Assembly: GCA_044354975.1 (NCBI GenBank)
Contig: JBIKZA010000001.1
Location: 11,094-75,093, forward strand
Reading direction: 5' to 3'
DNA: 64,000 bases
Source: Flavobacteriales bacterium
GTDB lineage: Bacteria; Bacteroidota; Bacteroidia; Flavobacteriales_D; Sanyastnellaceae
How positions within the stretch are numbered: position 1 is the first letter of the stretch; each line of letters begins with the position of its first letter. Positions 29,212-38,685 of this stretch are shown here, in pieces. A program made the position numbers and the translations under genes. The notes under the pieces are model-generated. The model was not told the origin of the DNA. It searched no databases and was given only the letters and a program-made list of their open reading frames with translations.

Positions 29212-29997
29212 ATGAAACTAACGCTGGAAAAAGACGGGCGACGCTATTCATTTCAAACCGAAAAAGGAATGGACCTTAGCATTTCTATGAATCCAAATGG
29301 TCCGCGCGCTTGGTACGTAGCGCCTATGCGCATTGAACCCGTGCGCACTGAACAATTCTTGGGTTCTGTAGCCGAAGGAGGGGCAGTGAATTTTCGTGAT
29401 GTGTATTTTAATCCACATGGACACGGCACGCACACGGAGAATGTGGGACATATCATTGATACGGATTTCCCCGTGGTGAATAGCATTGGGTCTTCGCATT
29501 TTATGGCGAAGCTGATAACGGTGGAGTTGATGAAACAAGATGCTATGCAAGATTCTACGAAAGATGTTTCACAAGATGCTTCGCAAGGGGATTGGGTAGT
29601 TAACGAGCAAAGTCTGGAGGGTTTTGATTTGAAAGTTGAAGCGCTTATTATTCGCACAAAACCGAATGATCATTCGAAAGTGCAGAGACAATACTCAGGT
29701 ACGAATTTTCCTTATTTAACAATTGGAGCTATGCAGCGTATTGTTGATGCGGGTGTTCAGCATTTGCTCATTGACTTGCCCAGTGTAGATCGCGAGGAAG
29801 ATGGCGGAGCGTTGGAGGCACATCATTTGTTTTGGAATGTTCCGGCAGAGCCGAACTTTCAGAAAACCATTACAGAGTTGATTTACGTTCCAAATGAAAT
29901 TGCAGATGGGACTTATCTGTTGAATTTGCAAGTTTCAAATTTCGCTAACGATGCTGCTCCGAGTAGACCTATGCTTTTTGATCTAGCGGAAGAATAA
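29212..29997 (+). CDS. cyclase-family (kynurenine formamidase-like) protein carrying an in-frame repeat insertion
   Basis: HGHGTHTENVGH metal-site-like motif and family-like C-terminal half. Contains the AGA mini-hairpin units at 29538-29587. Confidence 0.65.
   Translation: MKLTLEKDGRRYSFQTEKGMDLSISMNPNGPRAWYVAPMRIEPVRTEQFLGSVAEGGAVNFRDVYFNPHGHGTHTENVGHIIDTDFPVVNSIGSSHFMAKLITVELMKQDAMQDSTKDVSQDASQGDWVVNEQSLEGFDLKVEALIIRTKPNDHSKVQRQYSGTNFPYLTIGAMQRIVDAGVQHLLIDLPSVDREEDGGALEAHHLFWNVPAEPNFQKTITELIYVPNEIADGTYLLNLQVSNFANDAAPSRPMLFDLAEE
29538..29587 (+). repeat. mini-hairpin array, AGA linker, 4 units, inside a CDS and in frame
   Basis: aga|tgc-tat-gca|aga|ttc-tac-gaa|aga|tgt-ttc-aca|aga|tgc-ttc-gca|ag, encoding QDAMQDSTKDVSQDASQ. 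Confidence 0.85.
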
Positions 29998-31420
29998 CGA
30001 AGAAGGAACTTCCTTTACCAACCTGCGTTCGGAATGCGACCTTCCCGTTCATTTGTGTAACGATACTCTTTACCATTGCCAATCCAAGTCCACTGCCGGT
30101 GCTGCGCGTAGTGAAATTCGGCATGAAAATACGCTTCGAAATTTCAGGCGAAATTCCACTGCCGTTATCGCTTATTTTAATGGTGACGTGATTTTTTGAA
30201 ATGTGCAATCCGAGAGAAATGTTCTTTTCCCGATCGGTAGAAATTGACTGAATAGCGTTTGTTAGGAGGTTGTTCAATACACGAATCACGTGCGATTTAT
30301 CTCCAAAGATGAAAGCAGTGTCGTGTGTGTTTTGATAAAAGGAAATCGTTTGGTTTTCATTTTCAAATGTTGATAGAACCGACTTCACGATGTCTTGAAG
30401 ATTCAATCGTTCGTTCTTCGATTGAGGCATTTTTGCAAAGTTTGAAAACTCTTGCGCAATGTGAGAAAGCGTATCTATTTGATCGGTCATGCTCTGCACG
30501 AATTCGTTCAAGCGTGTTTGAAATTCTTCTGGATTGTCTTGCCAAGACCGCTGCAGATGCTGCATGCGTAGCTTCATGGGCGTAAGCGGATTTTTAATCT
30601 CATGTGCTACTTGCTGCGCCATTTCGCGCCAAGCTGTTTCACGCTCCTGCTGCGCTAGCTTATCGGCGCTAGCTTCCAACTGAAACAACATGCTGTTGTA
30701 TTCTTGAATAAGTTGTCCGATTTCATCGTTGCTTTTCCACTCTAACGTCTCATTCTTTTTTCCGAGTTTCAAATGATTGATGCTCTCACTTAATTTGCTT
30801 AGTGATTTTGTGAAATCTCGTGTTATAAGGAACGCAATGGCTGCTGCTAGAATGAATAGCACAATGTACGTTGTCCCAATTTCTCTCATGAAGTTCCATA
30901 GCTTCGCTTTTTCAACTTCTTTCTTTTCGTAAAGCATTCCCACTAGGGCTAAAGGTCTTCCGTAATCATCGCGGAAGCACCAATAGGCTAAATTTTGAGA
31001 GGAATTTGTTTCTGACGGAAGGATAATGGCTTTCTCTTTTGTTTCGGTTGTAATTCGTTTGGTGAGTTCAGCGCTCAACTGCATTGGAATTTTTTTAAAA
31101 TCCGCGGTATCTGTATTCATTGAAAGGCGATACCTTCCGTCTAAATGATAGATTGTAATAAAAAGATTATTTACCTCAGAAAGCTCACAGACCTTGTCGC
31201 CTAGAAGCTGGTTTATGGAATCGGGATCGATGTATCCACCGTTTTGAATAAGGAGGTATTCGAGTGATGCGCGTATAGATTTTTCTTTTTCAGCAATACG
31301 CTCTTCGTTGAAGGTAATATCATGTTCGGAGTGGTCGAGCCACGCGACAATGCCCGTTGCTACAAACGAGATGACAATGACAGAAAAAAGCGAAACGTAT
31401 ATGCGTGAGCGTAGAGTCAT
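29969..31420 (-). CDS. membrane sensor histidine kinase
   Basis: Two TM segments flank a sensor domain; HAMP-like linker, H-box AHEIKNPLTPM and HATPase G-boxes. 3' end overlaps the convergent cyclase gene by 29 nt. Confidence 0.85.
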   Translation of the reverse strand: MTLRSRIYVSLFSVIVISFVATGIVAWLDHSEHDITFNEERIAEKEKSIRASLEYLLIQNGGYIDPDSINQLLGDKVCELSEVNNLFITIYHLDGRYRLSMNTDTADFKKIPMQLSAELTKRITTETKEKAIILPSETNSSQNLAYWCFRDDYGRPLALVGMLYEKKEVEKAKLWNFMREIGTTYIVLFILAAAIAFLITRDFTKSLSKLSESINHLKLGKKNETLEWKSNDEIGQLIQEYNSMLFQLEASADKLAQQERETAWREMAQQVAHEIKNPLTPMKLRMQHLQRSWQDNPEEFQTRLNEFVQSMTDQIDTLSHIAQEFSNFAKMPQSKNERLNLQDIVKSVLSTFENENQTISFYQNTHDTAFIFGDKSHVIRVLNNLLTNAIQSISTDREKNISLGLHISKNHVTIKISDNGSGISPEISKRIFMPNFTTRSTGSGLGLAMVKSIVTQMNGKVAFRTQVGKGSSFFVILPLDQKA

Positions 31421-31424
31421 GTTT

Positions 31425-32240
31425 TTAAAAATCGAAATTTTCTGAATCGCTGGGTTTGGTATTGGCTGGAATTATACATAGCCCAATGGTCATTGGATAA
31501 ATTTCAGTTTGAAATTTATTCGGATTGAAAAGTGGAGTTAAAGATCGCGAAGCGAAAAAAGTTAGATTCTGAAACCCAACACGTACGCACGCTTCCATGT
31601 TGAATCTATTGACAGAAATGTCCTCGCTGTTTTTTCGAATGATGGTGGCTTCACTGGTCTTATGCATTTGATACGTGCTGTTCGCGTAGCGGTAGTTCTC
31701 TTGCACACCAAATGCAACATGCACATTTTTCTTGAAGGAGTTCTTGCTATTTATTTCAAACATAATTGGAACAGAAACCGAAAAAGAACGAAGTTGGTTC
31801 TTCACGTAATCGAGGCTATCTGACTGAATAAGTATTTGGCCATCTCGATTAATAAATGTGAAATTGTCTTGAAAGCCAATCTGCTGGTAGCCCAATGAAA
31901 TTCCCGAGAAAAAACCAAATCTATTTTCGAACAACTGCTTTTTATATTCCACCAGATTCAAACGTACAGCGAACGATTGCTTTGGCTGTATTGGAAACGT
32001 TGTGTTTTGAAATGATACCAAGCCGAAATCAATACCAGTGAAGAAACACATGTATCGGATATAGTCCTCGGAGTTGTAATCGTCTTCAAGAATTTGCATG
32101 GGAGCCATTTCGAAGTCTTCGATGTTAATTTCCGGAAAAGGCATGACTGTATCGGGGGGTAGAACAACGTCAAGACTATCAGTTTGTCCGAAACAGATTA
32201 TCGCAGGGAAAAAGATGAATATAAAAATCAGTCGCTTCAT
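31425..32240 (-). CDS. hypothetical secreted/outer-membrane protein
   Basis: Signal peptide and alternating beta-strand-like pattern; terminal F. Confidence 0.5.
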   Translation of the reverse strand: MKRLIFIFIFFPAIICFGQTDSLDVVLPPDTVMPFPEINIEDFEMAPMQILEDDYNSEDYIRYMCFFTGIDFGLVSFQNTTFPIQPKQSFAVRLNLVEYKKQLFENRFGFFSGISLGYQQIGFQDNFTFINRDGQILIQSDSLDYVKNQLRSFSVSVPIMFEINSKNSFKKNVHVAFGVQENYRYANSTYQMHKTSEATIIRKNSEDISVNRFNMEACVRVGFQNLTFFASRSLTPLFNPNKFQTEIYPMTIGLCIIPANTKPSDSENFDF

Positions 32241-32272
32241 GAAAAGACAATGTGATTCAAATGTAAGCTATC

Positions 32273-32280
32273 TATCTTTG
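32273..32280 (+). promoter_or_regulatory. candidate -7 promoter box (TATCTTTG) 6 nt upstream of the rlmN ATG
   Basis: Exact TAnnTTTG match. Confidence 0.3.
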
Positions 32281-32286
32281 CACGGC

Positions 32287-33351
32287 ATGAATACAAAAAA
32301 GGATTTGCGAGAATTGAGTTCGGAAGAGCTAATGTCCGAGTTGAAAACACTTGGCGCTCCTTCGTTTCGTGCGAAGCAGATTCGGGAATGGATGTGGCAG
32401 CGAGGTGCTGCAAGTATTTCTGACATGCAGAATTTGCCCAAAGAATTACGTGAGGTACTCGATGGGAAGTACTACTTATCTAAAGCCGTCTTGCATGAGC
32501 AACAAATAAGTGCTGACAAGACCATTAAATGTGCGTTTAAAGTAGACGGAGACAAGGTTGTAGAAGGGGTGTTAATTCCTTCAACAAAGCGCATGACAGC
32601 TTGCATCTCCTCGCAAGTGGGTTGTAGCTTGGCGTGTAAGTTCTGCGCTACTGGAAGACTGAAAATGTTGCGCAATTTAACAGGCGGAGAGATTTTCGAT
32701 CAGGTGAATTATTTGCGCAACGAGGCGCTTACGCGATACAAGACTCCGCTTACAAACATTGTGTATATGGGCATGGGAGAGCCCTTGCTCAACTACAACA
32801 ACATGATGCGATCCATTCAATGGATCACCAGTCCGGAAGGACTGGGCATGTCGCCACAGCGCATTACCGTTAGCACAGCGGGGATTGCTAAGATGATTAA
32901 AAAGCTTGGTGACGATAAGGTTAAGTTTAACCTAGCGCTTTCGCTGCACGCAGCGAATGACGTGAAGCGCAGCAAGATCATGGAAATTAACGATTCGAAT
33001 AACTTGGACGCCTTGTCTGAGGCTTTGAAGTATTTCCACGAAGCAACAGGAACGCGAATAACGTTTGAGTACATTATTTTCAAAGACTTTAATGATACGA
33101 TCCAAGACGCAAAGGAGTTGGCCGAATTTTGCAAGCAGCTTCCAGTTAAAATAAATATAATTGAATACAATCCGATTGATGACGGAGAGTTTCAACAGGC
33201 CAGTCCTGAGCGTGTAGAGGCTTTTGCGAAGTTCTTGGAAAGCAAGAACATGATTGTTAATGTGCGTCGCTCTAGAGGGAAAGATATTGACGCGGCATGC
33301 GGGCAATTGGCCAATAAGAACAAATCTGCCAATGAACGTGTTTTTAAATAG
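32287..33351 (+). CDS. rlmN: 23S rRNA/tRNA A2503/A37 C2-methyltransferase RlmN (radical SAM)
   Basis: Starts MNTKKDLRELSSEEL..FRAKQIREWMW; CSLACKFCATG cluster. ORF-track start 32098 rejected. Confidence 0.92.
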   Translation: MNTKKDLRELSSEELMSELKTLGAPSFRAKQIREWMWQRGAASISDMQNLPKELREVLDGKYYLSKAVLHEQQISADKTIKCAFKVDGDKVVEGVLIPSTKRMTACISSQVGCSLACKFCATGRLKMLRNLTGGEIFDQVNYLRNEALTRYKTPLTNIVYMGMGEPLLNYNNMMRSIQWITSPEGLGMSPQRITVSTAGIAKMIKKLGDDKVKFNLALSLHAANDVKRSKIMEINDSNNLDALSEALKYFHEATGTRITFEYIIFKDFNDTIQDAKELAEFCKQLPVKINIIEYNPIDDGEFQQASPERVEAFAKFLESKNMIVNVRRSRGKDIDAACGQLANKNKSANERVFK

Positions 33352-33382
33352 TAGAGTAAACTTTTAAACTAAATATTTCAAT

Positions 33383-33751
33383 ATGAAAAAATTAATATTG
33401 TTCGCTGCAATCGCATTAGGTCTCGCATCGTGCGGCGGATGGAACGACGAGAAACGCGCAGAGGTTAAATCTGAATGCGGAAAAACGGTGGGTAGTCTTT
33501 ATTCGAAAGAGGACGGTGTGAAAATTTGTGACTGCGTTTCAGCGAAAATATCAGAGAAATTTCCGAAGGCAGATTACAAACCAAGCGATGTAAACGACCA
33601 GACAAAAGAGTGCATCAAAGACGGTAAATACATAGATATTTTAACCAAGGAATTGGAAGATTCTTTCAATAAGTTGGAAAGCGATGCTGACTCTTTAACA
33701 AAAGCGTTAGAGGATCAGATGAACGAAGAAATGAGTAAGCTTACGGAGTAA
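33383..33751 (+). CDS. hypothetical lipoprotein
   Basis: Signal peptide with lipobox LASCGG. Confidence 0.55.
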   Translation: MKKLILFAAIALGLASCGGWNDEKRAEVKSECGKTVGSLYSKEDGVKICDCVSAKISEKFPKADYKPSDVNDQTKECIKDGKYIDILTKELEDSFNKLESDADSLTKALEDQMNEEMSKLTE

Positions 33752-35665
33752 ATGAAACCATTCTGCGAAGATTTATTTGGGTACAAGCGCATTAAAACGA
33801 GCTCAGTAACCATTGGTGAATTAACCATGGGCGGCGACGCGCCCATTCGTGTGCAGTCAATGACCACGGCCGACACCATGAATACCGAAGCAACCGTTGC
33901 CGAGAGTATTCGCATGATTGAAGCCGGTTGTGAGTTGGTGCGTATTACAGCTCCAAGTAAAAACGAGGCTGAAAATCTTCGCAACATTCGCGAAGAACTT
34001 CAAAAAGCGGGTTTTAACATTCCGCTGGTTGCCGACATTCACTTCACTCCGAACGCCGCAGAGATTGCAGCGCGCATTGTAGAGAAGGTTCGTGTGAACC
34101 CGGGGAACTACGCAGATAAAAAGAAGTTTGAGGAAATTGTTTACACAGATGAATCTTACGCTGCTGAATTGAAACGCATTCGCGACCGATTCATTCCACT
34201 TGTGGAAATTTGCAAAGAACACGGAACAGCGATGCGCATTGGAACGAACCACGGTTCGCTTTCAGATCGCATTCTTAGTCGCTATGGTGACACCCCTGAA
34301 GGCATGGTGGAATCTGCCATGGAGTTCATCCGCATTTGTCTCGATTGCAATTACAAGAATTTGGTTATTTCCATGAAAGCGTCTAATCCGCAAGTGATGG
34401 TGCAAGCCTATCGTTTGTTGGTTCAAACACTTTTGGAAGCGGGCGAAGTTTTTCCATTGCACTTAGGAGTAACAGAGGCGGGCGATGGAGAAGATGGAAG
34501 AATTAAATCTGCTATTGGAATTGGCACTTTGTTGGAAGACGGCATTGGCGATACCGTTCGTGTTTCATTGACCGAAGCGCCGGAAGCAGAAATGCCTGTA
34601 GCGAAATTACTGGTCGATCGTTACGCGAATAGAACTCTGGGATTACATATTCCGGCGGAAGAAATTCCAATTGATTTTTTCTCTTATTCAAGAAGATACA
34701 CACACGAAGTTTTAAATATTGGGGGAAAGAATGTCCCGCGTGTATTTGCAGATTATTCGAACCGCGAGTCGATTACTGCGGCTTCACTATTCGCAGTGGG
34801 ATATGCCTATTCAATAGATATGGACAAGTGGAATTTGTCTGATTCGGCTTGTGATTATTTGTTTGTTGGAAAGAACACGGTAAATTTTGAAATTCCCGGA
34901 ACCCTTGGTGTTGTCATGGAACACGCAACATGGCTTCAACATAAAAATAGAGACCGTCATTATCCAGTTTTATTTGCAAGCGAATACATCCAACCGAATG
35001 AACGTTCGGGTGAGTTGAATTTTGTTGAAGTAGAATTGGAAAATTTAACAGAAGAATTTTTATCTGTGTTGAAGGCAGATTCAACGGTTGTGTTGTTGTT
35101 GAAGTCTTCGCATGAGTATGTTGTGCAGCATAGAAGAACAGCTATTTTCAAATTGATGAATCACGGAGTGAATTGTCCCGTAGTTCTTTCTTCCACCTAC
35201 AACATCGAAGAAGAAGCATACACACTTTATTCTTCAACCGACGTAGGAGCCTTGTTGCTAGATGGATTAGGCGATGGAGTTCTTATTTCAAGCAGTCAAT
35301 CTTCTTTGGCGAAATCGAATGCGATTGCATTTGGAATTCTTCAAGCAACGCGCACGCGTATTTCAAGAACTGAATATATTTCTTGTCCAAGTTGCGGAAG
35401 AACATTGTTCGACCTTCAAGAAACCACGGCGAAAATTCGTTCGCGCACTTCGCATTTGAAGGGCGTGAAGATTGGAATTATGGGATGTATTGTGAACGGT
35501 CCGGGAGAAATGGCAGATGCCGATTACGGTTATGTTGGAACAGGTGTAGGAAAGATTACACTTTACAAAGAAAAGAATGTGGTGAAGAAGAACATTGACG
35601 AAGCGGAAGCTGTCGATGAGCTTATTTCACTCATCAAGGAATATGGCGATTGGGTGGAACCCTGA
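33752..35665 (+). CDS. ispG: 4-hydroxy-3-methylbut-2-enyl diphosphate synthase (long form)
   Basis: 637 aa; GcpE N-terminal TIM-barrel motifs, an inserted domain, and C-terminal CPSCGR..GCIVNGPGE Fe-S motifs. Confidence 0.93.
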   Translation: MKPFCEDLFGYKRIKTSSVTIGELTMGGDAPIRVQSMTTADTMNTEATVAESIRMIEAGCELVRITAPSKNEAENLRNIREELQKAGFNIPLVADIHFTPNAAEIAARIVEKVRVNPGNYADKKKFEEIVYTDESYAAELKRIRDRFIPLVEICKEHGTAMRIGTNHGSLSDRILSRYGDTPEGMVESAMEFIRICLDCNYKNLVISMKASNPQVMVQAYRLLVQTLLEAGEVFPLHLGVTEAGDGEDGRIKSAIGIGTLLEDGIGDTVRVSLTEAPEAEMPVAKLLVDRYANRTLGLHIPAEEIPIDFFSYSRRYTHEVLNIGGKNVPRVFADYSNRESITAASLFAVGYAYSIDMDKWNLSDSACDYLFVGKNTVNFEIPGTLGVVMEHATWLQHKNRDRHYPVLFASEYIQPNERSGELNFVEVELENLTEEFLSVLKADSTVVLLLKSSHEYVVQHRRTAIFKLMNHGVNCPVVLSSTYNIEEEAYTLYSSTDVGALLLDGLGDGVLISSSQSSLAKSNAIAFGILQATRTRISRTEYISCPSCGRTLFDLQETTAKIRSRTSHLKGVKIGIMGCIVNGPGEMADADYGYVGTGVGKITLYKEKNVVKKNIDEAEAVDELISLIKEYGDWVEP

Positions 35666-35823
35666 CGCAGAGCGTAGATGCTTTGCAAGATTCCGTTGGA
35701 AAGATGTTGCACAAGATTCCGTTGGAAAGATGTTGCACAAGATTCCGGAGGAAAGATACTTCGCAAAAATTACCTTTTGAAAAATCTTGCATAGCATCTT
35801 GTGAAACATCTTACGAAGTATCT
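35666..35823. repeat. mini-hairpin array, AGA linker (about 8 plus-oriented units, centre, 3 inverted TCT units)
   Basis: aga|tgc-ttt-gca|aga|ttcc-gtt-ggaa|aga|tgt-tgc-aca|... cttttgaaaaatctt (35774-35788) ...tct|tgc-ata-gca|tct|tgt-gaa-aca|tct|tac-gaa-gta|tct. Spans exactly from the ispG stop to the purK stop. Confidence 0.9.
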
Positions 35824-36964
35824 AGGATACAACCCTTACTTCTTTCAAGAATCGTCTGGCAATATCCTTCGCGTCTTCTAGATTCGTGTTGCACACCGTA
35901 ATGTGTCCCATTTTACGGAAGGGTTTGGTGTCTTCCTTTCCATATAAATGAATATAAGCACCTTCGGTGTGAAGGACGTCTTCTATGTTTTCGTAGCGCG
36001 CTTTTCCTTCAAATCCTTTTTCACCCAAGAGGTTAATCATAACAGCTGGAGTGCGAAGTCCTGTGCTGCCTAACGGCATGTTCAAGATCGCACGAAGATG
36101 CATACCGTATTGCGAAACGAAGCATGCTTCAATGGTGTGGTGGCCGCTGTTGTGCGGACGAGGAGCGATTTCATTCACCAATAAATTTCCATCTTCGGTG
36201 AGGAATAATTCAATGGCTAATAAACCCACGTGTTCGAGTTTGTTGGCAATCTCGGTTGCGATTTTTTTCGCGTTGATTTCTATTTCAACGTTCACGTTGG
36301 CAGGAGAGAAAATGAATTCTACTAAGTTGGCTTCCGGATTGAATTCCATTTCCACCAAAGGAAAAGTAGCCAGTTCTCCGCTTTCATTTCGAGCAACAAT
36401 AACAGCCAGTTCTTTTACGAATGGAACGAATTCTTCCAATACGCTGGGCGCATTGAAGGCCGATTTGAATTCCGCTACCGTGCGAAGTGGAGTTACTCCT
36501 TTGCCGTCGTATCCGCCTTTGCGAAGCTTCTGCATGAACGATCCCTCATCTTTAAACAACATCGCATCTTCTGTATTAGCGATCAGGTGGAAAGGAGCCG
36601 TCGGAATGTTGTTCGCTGTGTAAAATTGTTTTTGAAGACCTTTGTCTTGAATGATGCGAAGGGCTTGTGGTGTTGGGAAAACTTTCTTTCCAAGTCTTTC
36701 CAATTCTTCGAGAGCTTCAATGTTCACGTGTTCAATTTCAATGGTCAGAACATCAACTGTTTTTCCGAAATCGAGTACGGTTTGATAGTCGTTAAAATTT
36801 CCAACAACGAAATTATTCGCAAGGTCAGCGCAAGGTGCATTTGAAGAAGGGTCTAAAACAGAGATATGAATATTGAAGTTAACGGCTTCTTGAATAAGCA
36901 TTCTTCCTAATTGTCCACCACCTAAAATTCCGAGTTTAGTGGTTAGGTCTATCGTGTGATTCAT
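35822..36964 (-). CDS. purK: 5-(carboxyamino)imidazole ribonucleotide synthase
   Basis: 380 aa ATP-grasp protein; N-terminal LGILGGGQLGRM and PurK-like sequence throughout. Confidence 0.92.
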   Translation of the reverse strand: MNHTIDLTTKLGILGGGQLGRMLIQEAVNFNIHISVLDPSSNAPCADLANNFVVGNFNDYQTVLDFGKTVDVLTIEIEHVNIEALEELERLGKKVFPTPQALRIIQDKGLQKQFYTANNIPTAPFHLIANTEDAMLFKDEGSFMQKLRKGGYDGKGVTPLRTVAEFKSAFNAPSVLEEFVPFVKELAVIVARNESGELATFPLVEMEFNPEANLVEFIFSPANVNVEIEINAKKIATEIANKLEHVGLLAIELFLTEDGNLLVNEIAPRPHNSGHHTIEACFVSQYGMHLRAILNMPLGSTGLRTPAVMINLLGEKGFEGKARYENIEDVLHTEGAYIHLYGKEDTKPFRKMGHITVCNTNLEDAKDIARRFLKEVRVVS

Positions 36965-36968
36965 TTTT

Positions 36969-36976
36969 CAAAGATA
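36969..36976 (-). promoter_or_regulatory. candidate -7 promoter box (TATCTTTG) 4 nt upstream of the purK ATG
   Basis: Exact TAnnTTTG match on the minus strand. Confidence 0.3.
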
Positions 36977-37035
36977 GAATTTCTTTCGCGGATATAGATT
37001 TACATGTGTAAATTGCCGCTCATATAAACTTCAAC

Positions 37036-38106
37036 ATGAAAAAAATTCTATTTTTTGTTTTAGCCTTAAGTGCTAGTCTAACACAAGCTCAATCGTTAAC
37101 CGGCATTGAAGGAGTTGAATACGACCCGACTAATCAGATCTTTTTAGTGGGAAATGGAAACAACGTTGTGCGCATGCACAGCGATGCTATTCCACAGGGC
37201 ACATTGGGCGCGGCTAAATCGAACTACGGCATGGAAGTCATGAACGGGGTTTTATTTTCTATTGTTGGAAGCGCAGTGAAGGGTTACGATGTGACCACTG
37301 GCGCGCAGGTTATGACCATTACTCTCTCAGGTACTACATTTTTAAACGGAATGGCAAGTAACGGTACCGACAAATTGTGGGTGTCTGACTTTTCGGCGAA
37401 GAAAATTCACGAAGTGAATGTTGCAAATCTTGCTGCTCCTTCAAGTTCAATTGTTGTTGCGAATACAACCAGCACTCCAAACGGATTAACCTACGACGCG
37501 GCAAACAACAGATTGGTTATGGTGAGTTGGGGCGCTAACGCCTCCATTAAAGCGATAGATCTTGCAACGTATACGCTATCTGTTATCACGACAACTAACC
37601 TCGGCAATTGCGACGGAGTTGATCACGATTCATACGGTAATTATTACGTGAGTTCTTGGTCTCCGAATGCGATTACGAAGTTCTCTAACGACTTTACTAC
37701 AACGTCTACAGTGACTGTTGCAGGCGGAGTTTCAAGCGCGGCAGACATTTGTTATGCGGAAGAAATTGACACGCTTGCAATTCCATGTACAGGCAACAAC
37801 GTGGTGAAATTTGTAGGATTCAATCCATCGTTTGTTGTTGAAGGAAATACTTCTGAATTTCAAGCCTACGGATATCCAACGGAAGTAAAAGACATGTATA
37901 CCGTTGGCTTCGATTTGCCACAAGCTATAGATGTAAATGTTCGTGTGTTCGATGTGAACGGAAGATTGGTGAATGAGGTTATTCATCAAACTTTTCCACA
38001 AGGAAATCATCAGCTGGTTATTACAGAACTCCCTTCCGAAAGCGGAATCTACTTCGTTCAAGTTTGGGCAGGAACGCATCTTTCAGTGGTTTCATTCATT
38101 CGCTAA
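37036..38106 (+). CDS. secreted protein with T9SS C-terminal sorting domain
   Basis: Signal peptide, beta-propeller-like N-terminal part and a Por tail (..VRVFDVNGRLV..GIYFVQVW..). Confidence 0.75.
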   Translation: MKKILFFVLALSASLTQAQSLTGIEGVEYDPTNQIFLVGNGNNVVRMHSDAIPQGTLGAAKSNYGMEVMNGVLFSIVGSAVKGYDVTTGAQVMTITLSGTTFLNGMASNGTDKLWVSDFSAKKIHEVNVANLAAPSSSIVVANTTSTPNGLTYDAANNRLVMVSWGANASIKAIDLATYTLSVITTTNLGNCDGVDHDSYGNYYVSSWSPNAITKFSNDFTTTSTVTVAGGVSSAADICYAEEIDTLAIPCTGNNVVKFVGFNPSFVVEGNTSEFQAYGYPTEVKDMYTVGFDLPQAIDVNVRVFDVNGRLVNEVIHQTFPQGNHQLVITELPSESGIYFVQVWAGTHLSVVSFIR

Positions 38107-38684
38107 TGAGAGTCTTTCTTTTCTGTAGTTTTTTGTTGTTCGGGTTGAATGGCATTGCCCAGCCCGACGACTACGTGAATGCGCTTCCTTCGAATGATAG
38201 TCAGAAGGAAAATATGAATGATCTCACGAACAGAGAGCGCACAGTTGTTGGTGGGTCATTGGGCCTTGGATTAAGCTCTTCGAATGGATCAGGTATGTTC
38301 TATGGGGCCTTAACACCACTTGTTGGATATAGAGTTACGGAGAGACTTTCTGCAGGAGTTGGATTCAATTACACCTATTACAAAACACGTCTTTACGAAG
38401 AGCAGATATACGCTGGCATTGCTTGGGCACGATTTGGATTGTTCAATGGCTTATTTGCTTGCGCAGAGATTAATCAAGTGAACGCACCTACTTATTCCTT
38501 TGGAGGAATGCAAAGAGAAACCTTTCCTCTGGTATTGGCCGGAGGTGGAATATCGCAGGGGATAGGACACGGATTAGGTACGTACTTTCAGATTATGTAC
38601 GACTTTACAGAAGAAGAGCGGTCGCCTTACGGACCGCTCGTCATTCGTGGAGGAATACTTATTCCGTTAGGTCCAAGGAAATAA
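38106..38684 (+). CDS. hypothetical secreted/membrane protein
   Basis: Starts MRVFLFCSFLLFGLNGIAQ (TAATG overlap with the upstream gene); Gly-rich, beta-strand-like. Confidence 0.5.
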   Translation: MRVFLFCSFLLFGLNGIAQPDDYVNALPSNDSQKENMNDLTNRERTVVGGSLGLGLSSSNGSGMFYGALTPLVGYRVTERLSAGVGFNYTYYKTRLYEEQIYAGIAWARFGLFNGLFACAEINQVNAPTYSFGGMQRETFPLVLAGGGISQGIGHGLGTYFQIMYDFTEEERSPYGPLVIRGGILIPLGPRK

Positions 38685-38685
38685 A

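Noticed and set aside
35595-35901. ORFs 35595..35780 +, 35650..35901 +, 35627..35809 - and 35563..35766 -
   Set aside because: Same artefact, in the ispG/purK array. They overlap the ends of two well-supported genes.
36051-36623. 190-aa plus-strand ORF
   Set aside because: It is antisense to the well-supported purK and has low-complexity Ser/Ala-rich translation.
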